Shown here one piece after another: positions 45,718 through 54,317 of a DNA stretch of 64,000 nt. Below the pieces are notes generated by a model. The model saw only the letters and a program-made list of their open reading frames with translations, was not told where the DNA came from and made no database searches. Each line of letters begins with the position of its first letter. Position 1 is the stretch's first letter. Source of the stretch: a virus (Duplodnaviria > Caudoviricetes); the IMG/VR virus record IMGVR_UViG_3300044825_002173, positions 1,134-65,133 of that record; one strand, given 5' to 3'. Both the position numbers and the translations under genes were made by a program.

Positions 45718-47625
45718 TTAATTACAATTCCAGCGTTTGCGTGCTGCCTTACCTCTTTCTCCAGTCCAACTTCTAGAACGACTACAGAAATTTCTTCTCC
45801 TTTTCCAGTCTGCCGAACCTGGTTTTAATTCTGAAGGAGGTGTGGTAACAGCAGTTTTAAGTTTTGAACCTTTATTTTCTCTTCGATATGCCTTTACTGC
45901 AGCACGACTCAAACCATCAGTTCTGTCTTGACGATTAATCCTTTGCCAGTCTTCATCAACCTCAACTTCTTCTCCCATTGGTTTTACATAATTTCTACTA
46001 GGACCAGGTTTTGCTGCACTTCCACCTTGAGGTCCAAATGCCTGGATTAAAGGTTGTCCTGGTTGAATTTCAGAGACGGAATGATAAACAACTATTGATC
46101 CTGGATAAACTTTTTGAAGTTCATCATTGATTTCTTTACGTGTTGGAAGTTTGACTTGAGGAAAAAACATTTTAAGAGAATAATATTTTCCTCTCCAATT
46201 TAAAGTTACTCCAATTACATTGCCAGTTTGTGCCTGAAGTCTTGTCGCTTCATCTACTTGAGATTTAAATCCTTTAATTGGTTCAGGTTTAATAATATCA
46301 ACAACTTCTGCAAATGTATTTCCATTTGCATCCTCAATAGTAACATTTTCCGATTTTACGCAAGAACCTTTTTCAAATTTAGTAGTTCCTTTTTTTCTTT
46401 TATAACCTTTCCAACATGGACCACTTTCTCCTAGTTCTGATAAAATTTTATCTACTATGGATGGTTCGTATTCGGCATTTATGTTTCTAATATTAGTATC
46501 TCCAGGTCTCACCAAAGGCATTCTAGGTTCTTTTCTTTTTGATTGTGCCGCCTCTCTTTCTCCTTCAGTTGCACCTTGCTGAGAAAGATTTCTAATACTT
46601 GTAGAACGTTTAGATTTTCTAATATCTTTAGGATTTACTTCAAAACTTATTCCCTCTTCCATCTCTCCACTCGCAACATAGTCTGCAGCAGTATCAATAT
46701 AATCTGCAGCCTTAGTAATTTTTGATTGAACCCATGCCTCAAGATCACCTTCGCCTTTACCAACTTTTGCTTTAAGTCTTTTTACTGCGTCCTCAATGGT
46801 CTTGAGTTCTGATCTTGCCATCGAATATTCTTCATCTTTCACAGATACTTTATCCCATGCTTTCTCTCCATAAGAACACTCAGATCTTGTTTCTCTTTTA
46901 TCACATAAAGGACAGTATCTTTCTTCTTCGTGCATGGTTTCCTCCGATTTAGTTCCCCAGTTTGCAGCACCAACTTTACGGCATTTTACAAGTGCTCCAG
47001 ATGCATATGCACTTGGCCATACATCATATTTAGACTTTACTTTATGATAGCAAGCATCTTTTTTACCGCTACCTTTACCTGGTTTATCTTTCACTTCTAG
47101 CAAATCCATTTCTTCTTTCCTTGTTTTTCTATCTGTTCTTACCATAGTTGGTTTAGCAGCACCAGATTTTTGTGGTTGATTTGGATCTTCTCTTCTCTTC
47201 GCTGCTCGTGCAGCAAGTCTTTCTGCTCTAGTCATCGAAGCACGCTTTTCGGATGATACGCATTTAGGAGTGGCAGTTTCTCCTTCTTCTCTAGCACAAG
47301 CATCTCCATCTACAACATCAACCCAACCTTTTTCGCCTTTTTTTGATTTGGACTTACCAAACCAATCACGAAGACCTTCTTCAGTTACATCTTTAAACTT
47401 TTTATGATGTTTTTTAGCGTCTGCTTCCATTTTTTTGAGACGAGTATAATAATCTGGAATTTCATCTAGATGCTGAAGAGCAATATCCATCGCTAACTCA
47501 TGATCTTTTGTGTGTTCATGTTCAATAGGTTCGCCCATATCAAGTTGCTTTTGTATAAAAGAAACATCAAGACGATGCTTCTTTGCAATTTGCTCAACTG
47601 TTTTATGAGATTTGAGTTTATTCAT
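45718..47625 (-). CDS. multi-module late protein (string of small domains)
   Basis: 635 aa with about 7 distinct modules, each preceded by an xxE junction; late promoter-like AATAAATA upstream. Confidence 0.8.
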   Translation of the reverse strand: MNKLKSHKTVEQIAKKHRLDVSFIQKQLDMGEPIEHEHTKDHELAMDIALQHLDEIPDYYTRLKKMEADAKKHHKKFKDVTEEGLRDWFGKSKSKKGEKGWVDVVDGDACAREEGETATPKCVSSEKRASMTRAERLAARAAKRREDPNQPQKSGAAKPTMVRTDRKTRKEEMDLLEVKDKPGKGSGKKDACYHKVKSKYDVWPSAYASGALVKCRKVGAANWGTKSEETMHEEERYCPLCDKRETRSECSYGEKAWDKVSVKDEEYSMARSELKTIEDAVKRLKAKVGKGEGDLEAWVQSKITKAADYIDTAADYVASGEMEEGISFEVNPKDIRKSKRSTSIRNLSQQGATEGEREAAQSKRKEPRMPLVRPGDTNIRNINAEYEPSIVDKILSELGESGPCWKGYKRKKGTTKFEKGSCVKSENVTIEDANGNTFAEVVDIIKPEPIKGFKSQVDEATRLQAQTGNVIGVTLNWRGKYYSLKMFFPQVKLPTRKEINDELQKVYPGSIVVYHSVSEIQPGQPLIQAFGPQGGSAAKPGPSRNYVKPMGEEVEVDEDWQRINRQDRTDGLSRAAVKAYRRENKGSKLKTAVTTPPSELKPGSADWKRRRNFCSRSRSWTGERGKAARKRWNCN

Positions 47626-47652
47626 TGATAAAATAGAACCTTTATTTATTTA

Positions 47653-48084
47653 TTATTCCTGTTCTCCTTGCGATTGTTGCTTAAGAAGTTTTGCTAATTC
47701 TGCAGTTGATCCAACAAAAAGTGCATTGTTTACTGTTGTAGGTCCTTTTGTCGTCTCTTCTTCAACATCTTTTTTAATTTTATGTAGTGCCATAAGTTTT
47801 TCGGCAATTTCACTTGTGTTTTTGATTAACTGTCCAGCAACTTCATATGCTCTTGGCATCTCACTTTCTTGCGCTAATTCAAGAATACCATTAATTGCCT
47901 CTTGACCTTTTTCGACTAGAGAATATAAATTTCCTCTTGCATATTCATAATCTTTCTTGATATCATCAGCAGTTGATGCTAATTTTTCTATTTTTTCATC
48001 AACGGTTTGCTTTTCTATGGAAACTACTTCTCCATCTACATTAAAAGCATCATTTAATCCATCAAATTTTTTAGTCATTTTCAT
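47653..48084 (-). CDS. gp16: terminase small subunit
   Basis: DYEYARGNL, PRAYEVAGQL, NALFVGSTAEL. Confidence 0.93.
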   Translation of the reverse strand: MKMTKKFDGLNDAFNVDGEVVSIEKQTVDEKIEKLASTADDIKKDYEYARGNLYSLVEKGQEAINGILELAQESEMPRAYEVAGQLIKNTSEIAEKLMALHKIKKDVEEETTKGPTTVNNALFVGSTAELAKLLKQQSQGEQE

Positions 48085-49082
48085 AACACAGAACCATTAA
48101 ATCCAAAATCATCGCCTTCTTCGACTAAGATGTTGTCTGCCTCAGTAATGGATTTAATAGCAGTTCCTGAAAGATGAGATGCAATTGGTGTGTTATCTCT
48201 TCCTCTATCTACAGTTAACACATTTCCAGATTTAGATTTAACATAAATTTCTTCACCTTCAATATCCAAATAGGTGTCTATAAGAATAGAAGATGCATCA
48301 TTGACAGTAATTAAAGTATCAGATATTGAAATGTCTTGTGTAAGATTTGTTAGTACTGTACCAGTATAATTTTTAATAGCCCTTGGTGTTGTTGAATAAA
48401 CAATTTCTCTTGTTGGTGATGTAGCGGAATCTCCTGCAATATATCCAATGGTAGTCTTTTTGATAATATCTTTTGTTGCACTGATAACTGGACCAAACAA
48501 ATATGTTTTTGCAGTAAATCTTAAAGTGTATATAAGAACTCTTCTTGTAGTAAAATCACCCTCATAATCATCCTGCATTGTTATATTTTCAAGAACCACA
48601 GGAATATCTCTTTTTTCATTAATAATGTCTACCAATTCAACTGTCATTGTATAGGCTGGTTGAAAATACGGAAGAATTTGTTCAACTATTTGAAGAGCAT
48701 CATCATTTAACTTTGACATTATGCTTAGTTCAAATTGCATATTATATGGAACTGGTAAATATGTTTTTTTTACTTCTTTACCATCTTCTACAGATTTTGC
48801 AGTAAATGTCTGAGTTGTTGTTGCCTTTCTCGCTGAATCGTAAGTTAAACCTGTAAATTCAAATGACATCCTAGGTAATGTTATCTGAACTGGTTTATTC
48901 AAATCCGGCGATTGTTGAAGTCTTGCTAGAAATTTTTGTGTAGGTCCATATGCTAATGGAACTTTAATGACACTTGATATATCACCTGAATTATTTTTAT
49001 GTTTAATAGTTATGTTGTTAAATAGAGAACCAAAAGCAACAACAGTGTTTCTTAAAATTTCGTGATAAAAATAATCAAACAT
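48081..49082 (-). CDS. gp15: tail sheath stabilizer / tail terminator
   Basis: FYHEILR...FGSLFNNI, VPLAYGP, LPRMSFE, QIVEQILPYFQP. Confidence 0.94.
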   Translation of the reverse strand: MFDYFYHEILRNTVVAFGSLFNNITIKHKNNSGDISSVIKVPLAYGPTQKFLARLQQSPDLNKPVQITLPRMSFEFTGLTYDSARKATTTQTFTAKSVEDGKEVKKTYLPVPYNMQFELSIMSKLNDDALQIVEQILPYFQPAYTMTVELVDIINEKRDIPVVLENITMQDDYEGDFTTRRVLIYTLRFTAKTYLFGPVISATKDIIKKTTIGYIAGDSATSPTREIVYSTTPRAIKNYTGTVLTNLTQDISISDTLITVNDASSILIDTYLDIEGEEIYVKSKSGNVLTVDRGRDNTPIASHLSGTAIKSITEADNILVEEGDDFGFNGSVL

Positions 49083-49131
49083 ATTGGTAACTTACAATAC
49101 TACTATTTAACATAATTAAATTAATAACTAA

Positions 49132-49139
49132 TATTTATA
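49132..49139 (-). promoter_or_regulatory. T4-type late promoter
   Basis: Exact TATAAATA upstream of gp15. Confidence 0.7.
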
Positions 49140-49143
49140 AGAA

Positions 49144-50547
49144 TTATGGCATTCCAAATGGATTACTTTCACTAAAATCTATAATTTTATCTGCTTCTTC
49201 CTCAATTTCATCATTTGCAGAATATCCATCTTTAACAGTATATGTATCGATAAAACGCAAATAATGAGATGCGCTAGAAGCACTTCCCACAATATTTTCT
49301 CCCGGAATAAACTGACCATCAACTTTAGAAACCTCAAGTATATTAGTAACAGAGTTCCATGATCTAACTCTTGCAGTAACTCCACTTTGAGATCCAGTAA
49401 CTACCTCATTAAATACAAAGTTTCCTGTAGAGTTTAATGCTGGATTTTGGATTGTTATTGATGGTGTTTGAGTATATCCAAGACCAGCATTTGTAATATA
49501 AATTGCAGTAATAGTTCCTGCTGTAGATACAACAGCAGTTGCTGCGGCTGATACTGTAGAAATTCCTGTAAATGTAATTGTTGGCGGATTTACATACCCA
49601 GATCCTCCATTAGTTACTGTAATAATACCAACAATTCCATTTCCAACAGTTGCGGTTGCAGTTGCTCCTTTTCCTCCACCACCGTAAATTTTTACACCAG
49701 GATTAACTGTATATCCATATCCGGCATTTACCACTTGAACATATTGAACAGACTTTGCAACCGGATTTGCATTATCATTACATACAACTATTCCACTGAT
49801 CATTTGGGCAATTGCAGTCGCTGTTTTTCCGCCAGATGGAGCAGAGGAAATGCCAACACTAGGAACACTTGTGTATCCTCCACCACGATTTGTTACCGTA
49901 ATGAATCTTACTCCGCCATTTACAATATTGGAAATTGCAGTTGCCGTAATTCCAACCCCAACCATAGTAAGTTTTTGTATATTTCCTGCAGCAGATAACC
50001 CATCTGTACTTCCACTTATATTGTCATCGATTTCTTCAACACTTGTATCAATAATTTCGTCTTCATATCTAAAGAGTTCACATCTTAACTCATATGTATA
50101 TAATCCTTGGAGTTGATAAAAAGGTTTTTCGTGTTCAACATATTTAATTTCAAATAGACGGTCACCTAAAGGAAAATAAATTAAATCTCCCTCTTTTGGT
50201 CTAGATGATAATTTAATGTTAGGATGATTTGCGATTAAAGGAGAAATATAATTTTTAAATCTTTCTCTTGAAATTGTCAGTGTTATTTCATTAAGTGCTT
50301 GTATTCCAAATTTTGATAAAATTGTTGGATTATCAGAGTATCCTTCATAAGTATTTACGTATGCTTCAATTGGATAAGCACTATCAAAGGCAGATTCTAT
50401 AACTTCTCTTATTACTTTTTTTTCTGTAATGTATTTTCTGGGCAAGTAATGAATTTCAACACCATACATTCTCAATTGCTCATTGATTAAGTCTTGTATT
50501 AAACCCTGTTCTGGTCTTGATCCGTTTAAAAAGAATGGATTTAACAT
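49144..50547 (-). CDS. gp14: neck protein, with internal beta-repeat insertion
   Basis: LNPFF, YGVEIHYLPR, RPKEGDLIYFP, FEIKYVEHEKPFYQL, DFSESNPFG. Confidence 0.92.
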   Translation of the reverse strand: MLNPFFLNGSRPEQGLIQDLINEQLRMYGVEIHYLPRKYITEKKVIREVIESAFDSAYPIEAYVNTYEGYSDNPTILSKFGIQALNEITLTISRERFKNYISPLIANHPNIKLSSRPKEGDLIYFPLGDRLFEIKYVEHEKPFYQLQGLYTYELRCELFRYEDEIIDTSVEEIDDNISGSTDGLSAAGNIQKLTMVGVGITATAISNIVNGGVRFITVTNRGGGYTSVPSVGISSAPSGGKTATAIAQMISGIVVCNDNANPVAKSVQYVQVVNAGYGYTVNPGVKIYGGGGKGATATATVGNGIVGIITVTNGGSGYVNPPTITFTGISTVSAAATAVVSTAGTITAIYITNAGLGYTQTPSITIQNPALNSTGNFVFNEVVTGSQSGVTARVRSWNSVTNILEVSKVDGQFIPGENIVGSASSASHYLRFIDTYTVKDGYSANDEIEEEADKIIDFSESNPFGMP

Positions 50548-50552
50548 AGATC

Positions 50553-51401
50553 TTAACCAATCATGTCTAGAGGTGGAAGTTCATAAGTATTTGACATTTT
50601 TTCCATTAAGATATCAATCTCTCTTTGAGCATCATCATACAATTGTCTTCCATTAAACTCTACTCCTCCAGGCAACTTAACTCCTGTAAATTTAATTAAA
50701 TTTTGACCCCATTGCCTCTTTATCAATGCAGTTAAATAAGGTTTTAAAAATGAATCATTCCAAACTCTTGAATAATCATTTGGATCTAGTGTTGAATAAC
50801 AATCAATTATAAAATATTGATTTGTTGTAACTGATCCCCAATCAATATCAAGATAAAGGCGATCTTGTCTTTTATTAAAACGTATCTGTTTTTGTGTATT
50901 AAGTAGAAAATCTAAATCTTCGAGATATGTTTTAACCATAGCATAACTCAATAGTTCAGTAGTTCCCCAGTAGTAAATATCATTTAAAAATAACTGATAT
51001 TTAACGCTAAACATGTTATGAGTAATAGTATTAGCACCATCAAAAGTAAAAATTTTATTTACTCCAATAACATTTGGAGGAACCTGCAAATAATTACTAT
51101 TTTCATAATATGAAAATGTAGTTGCCGTTCCTACTATATTTGTAGTTACCGTTGTAGTAGCTATTCCTGGCGAACCATCTAAGTTTGGTTTTGCTCTTCC
51201 CCTATCTATATCTTCTTGAGTTACTTTATACTTATAAAAAGTTGGGTAGACTCCATCAAAATGTCTTTCTTGAAAAAATTGAACAGCATCATCTACTAAA
51301 TCTTCAATTTGCTCGTCGGCAACATTAATTTCTAAAACTGGATATCCCAATTTTCTTTTACAATAATCAATAAGTTCTTGTCTAGTAGATGGTTGTGCCA
51401 T
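50553..51401 (-). CDS. gp13: neck protein
   Basis: LIDYCKRKLGYPVLEINV, ERHFDG, KRQWGQNLIKF.GVKLPGGV. Confidence 0.95.
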   Translation of the reverse strand: MAQPSTRQELIDYCKRKLGYPVLEINVADEQIEDLVDDAVQFFQERHFDGVYPTFYKYKVTQEDIDRGRAKPNLDGSPGIATTTVTTNIVGTATTFSYYENSNYLQVPPNVIGVNKIFTFDGANTITHNMFSVKYQLFLNDIYYWGTTELLSYAMVKTYLEDLDFLLNTQKQIRFNKRQDRLYLDIDWGSVTTNQYFIIDCYSTLDPNDYSRVWNDSFLKPYLTALIKRQWGQNLIKFTGVKLPGGVEFNGRQLYDDAQREIDILMEKMSNTYELPPLDMIG

Positions 51402-51565
51402 TATAGTTTTGATAAAACTTCTTGTTGTTTAAGATAAAGCTTTAAGTAAGATTTTGCGTAGTTCCGCAAAATATCAAAATCTTCTATACTATCTATATCT
51501 CTAGCAAGTTTTTCATATTCAAATGATTTATTCAAATCATCTAAGGTAATTTTATTTGGATCCAT
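51401..51565 (-). CDS. NblA-like small protein (54 aa)
   Basis: MDPNKITLDDLNKSFEYEKLARDIDSIEDFDILRNYAKSYLKLYLKQQEVLSKL*; TAATG coupling to gp13; below the ORF-track cutoff. Confidence 0.6.
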   Translation of the reverse strand: MDPNKITLDDLNKSFEYEKLARDIDSIEDFDILRNYAKSYLKLYLKQQEVLSKL

Positions 51566-51779
51566 TTGATAAATTCCTTAATAAGTTTTTAATTTCATCC
51601 AAGTCATTTTTAATATCATTCATATCATTTTCTAAATTATCAATTCTCTTTTTTTCATTATCTTTCATTTGTTTTATTTTTATATAATTATTATAGTCAT
51701 TCATATTTGTATTTAAAATAGCACTTGTTTTTGCATCTCTTATTAAATTTGGGTGACCTTCAACTTTTAAATATTTCAT
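51552..51779 (-). CDS. conserved hypothetical coiled-coil protein
   Basis: MKYLKVEGHPNLIRD..TSAILN...IKNDLDEIKNLL. Confidence 0.8.
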   Translation of the reverse strand: MKYLKVEGHPNLIRDAKTSAILNTNMNDYNNYIKIKQMKDNEKKRIDNLENDMNDIKNDLDEIKNLLRNLSNGSK

Positions 51780-51780
51780 A

Positions 51781-54276
51781 TCAAGCAAGTGCAATAACTC
51801 TAAAGTCTTTTACTCTTGGTGGAAAAGCTTGGTTTGTTCCTGATCCAATTAATTTAATACTGAAATATTTAAAGGGTGGAAGACTAGGCACAGTAAATTC
51901 ATAATCTTTAAATACCAAATCACTGGAAATATATCCAATAGAATCGGTTTTAATCATTTTTTTATCTGAGGTTCCATCACTAAGTGATTCTGAAATAACA
52001 ACTCCTTCATTCGTTAGATTTGAGTACCCAGGAAATGGATAATAAATTGTTTTTTCGTTAAGATTATTCTTAATAGAATATAATGCTCTCAAATCACTAA
52101 AAACATTGACATAAGCAGATACAATTACCTTTAAAGAAGTTGCAGGAATTTCTAATTGAATAATATTTGTTGCATACACAAAGGATGATGGATCTTCTGT
52201 TAAATTACTAACTCTATTATCTTCAGCATAATCCTGAATAGGACTATTGATTCTATTACTAGTAAATATCATAGAAACCCTATCCAAATCCACAACTGGT
52301 GACAAATAAGAATCTGAAGTTTCTAAAAATAAATCTATAGACATAGATTTATTTCCAGGAAGAGTAGTTAATCTCTCCGTCTCATTAATTTTTGAACAAA
52401 TTAATCTTGGCGAATCAAAATAATTATTTTTGCTCAATTCAATATCAACAAATCCTTTATCCTCAAAAGAATTTTCTGTTCCATCAACACTAGTTCCGGA
52501 AATAGTTCTCATTCTTGAAGTTATGTTAGTTCCATTTAATATTGTAGTTTGTATATTTGGATTTGCAATTTCATATTGAATATTTTGAGTGGCATTTATA
52601 AAAGACCCACCAGTTGATTTTGTTTCATTTGAATAAAGTTTAGGAAAATTTGTTCCAATACTTCTATCGACTTGTCCATATGGAAGAGAACTTGTCTTTC
52701 CATCTTGTGAAGTATCTATTTTAATAGTATAATAATCAAAATCAATAGGATCTGAAACTTCAGCATCCTGAAGAGTATGTGTAGTATTAATCCTCCTCAA
52801 AGATATTCCATTTAATTCGTATTTGTAGATTGAAGTATTTTGAGTGTAAGAAGCAGATAATGTTTGATCAATTCCTCTAGTTATTCCAGTTAAAGAGTTG
52901 GAAGTAACTCCATCATAGGATATAATTTCATTTCCAATTAAAATATATCCTGGATTTGTAGTTCCAACTCCAACATTTTCAAATGTAGAGAAATTTGTTG
53001 TACTATCAACTAAAATGCTTGCAGTAGAAGTTCTATCATAATTAGATGTTAATTTTATCGGTGGCACATCACTTAAAACATTAGATATTCTTACAATGTT
53101 TTCTCCAGCGTGCATTCCATGATTTCTATGATTTACTTTTATATGCAATCCATCAGTTTCTGTTTGAATACCATCGGCAGGTATAAAAACATTTCCACCA
53201 ACAGATTGATTTAAATTAGTAGTTATACCAGAATTATTAACATATTGTATTGTTTTTCCTACTCCTGTTGCAAAATCTCCCTGTACGTTATCAAGTATTA
53301 ACTCATTTATTCCACTTAAATTAGAAACAGAAAGTTGTAAATTTCTACCAAGAGTTTCTGATCCAATTTGAGATGCTGTTAAAACATCACCAATAACATA
53401 TCCAGTTCCTCCATTTAATATAGTTGCTCCAATCGCAACTCCATTTGAGATCGTAATATCTGCCGTTGCGTTTCTACCATTTCCTGTAATATTAGTTAAT
53501 GTAATATTTGAATATGTGGCATTTCCGGTATAACCAATTCCAGAGTTTATAATATTTAAAGTTCCTGTCGCAATTCCAGCAGATGCAACATAATTTCCAG
53601 TTGCATTACTTCCTACTTGTAAAATTGTATTTCCTAAAGTAAGATTTGTGTCTTGCACTGTAGTCCCTAATCCCACTCTTATTCTTTTCGATGAAAACTC
53701 AAGTGGATTTGAAACTAGTGTTGCTATTTGTTTGTTTCCTAAACCTAATTCTGGGTTATAAAAACTAAAGTTTCCTTCGGTTTGTGTAAAATTTGCTCTA
53801 TACAAGGTAAATTTTAAGTCTTCATATGGACTTTCATTCCAAGTTGAAGCATTTTGTGATTTAAAAAGACCTCCAGAAACTGGTTGCTTAGTCACAAAAA
53901 TCTGTCTAGATTCTGGTCCTGACAAAGTTGTAACATCAACTTCACCAAGTCTAGAAACCCAAACATTATAATTTTGTGACTGAGAGAGTATTACAAGCGC
54001 ATGAAATCTTTGTCCAAGCAAATATATTGGAGATGGAAAAGTAATTCTTGTTGGAACTGAAGCATCATTAAATGCCTTAATATCTTTTGGATCTATTACA
54101 ACTTCACTAAATGGATAAACTTTTTGTGTAGGAAGACCAAGTTCCATTGGTCTAAGTTGAATAGTTACTGGTAAAGTTTCATCCTTTGATAAAAAATATA
54201 AATCAACAGAGGTAATAAAGGCTCCTTTTGGATTTTCAATATAAAATGATTGTGCTAATGGATCTATAACATTCAT
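51781..54276 (-). CDS. large virion structural protein, C-terminal part of a VrlC/DUF4815-like protein
   Basis: Starts DPLAQSF...ITSVDLYF; GLFKSQNASTW...DLKFTLYRANF; ends PPRVKDFRVIALA. Confidence 0.8.
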   Translation of the reverse strand: MNVIDPLAQSFYIENPKGAFITSVDLYFLSKDETLPVTIQLRPMELGLPTQKVYPFSEVVIDPKDIKAFNDASVPTRITFPSPIYLLGQRFHALVILSQSQNYNVWVSRLGEVDVTTLSGPESRQIFVTKQPVSGGLFKSQNASTWNESPYEDLKFTLYRANFTQTEGNFSFYNPELGLGNKQIATLVSNPLEFSSKRIRVGLGTTVQDTNLTLGNTILQVGSNATGNYVASAGIATGTLNIINSGIGYTGNATYSNITLTNITGNGRNATADITISNGVAIGATILNGGTGYVIGDVLTASQIGSETLGRNLQLSVSNLSGINELILDNVQGDFATGVGKTIQYVNNSGITTNLNQSVGGNVFIPADGIQTETDGLHIKVNHRNHGMHAGENIVRISNVLSDVPPIKLTSNYDRTSTASILVDSTTNFSTFENVGVGTTNPGYILIGNEIISYDGVTSNSLTGITRGIDQTLSASYTQNTSIYKYELNGISLRRINTTHTLQDAEVSDPIDFDYYTIKIDTSQDGKTSSLPYGQVDRSIGTNFPKLYSNETKSTGGSFINATQNIQYEIANPNIQTTILNGTNITSRMRTISGTSVDGTENSFEDKGFVDIELSKNNYFDSPRLICSKINETERLTTLPGNKSMSIDLFLETSDSYLSPVVDLDRVSMIFTSNRINSPIQDYAEDNRVSNLTEDPSSFVYATNIIQLEIPATSLKVIVSAYVNVFSDLRALYSIKNNLNEKTIYYPFPGYSNLTNEGVVISESLSDGTSDKKMIKTDSIGYISSDLVFKDYEFTVPSLPPFKYFSIKLIGSGTNQAFPPRVKDFRVIALA

Positions 54277-54317
54277 TTGACTATTCTTTATTATTCTTTA
54301 TTTATTTTGCTTAAATA

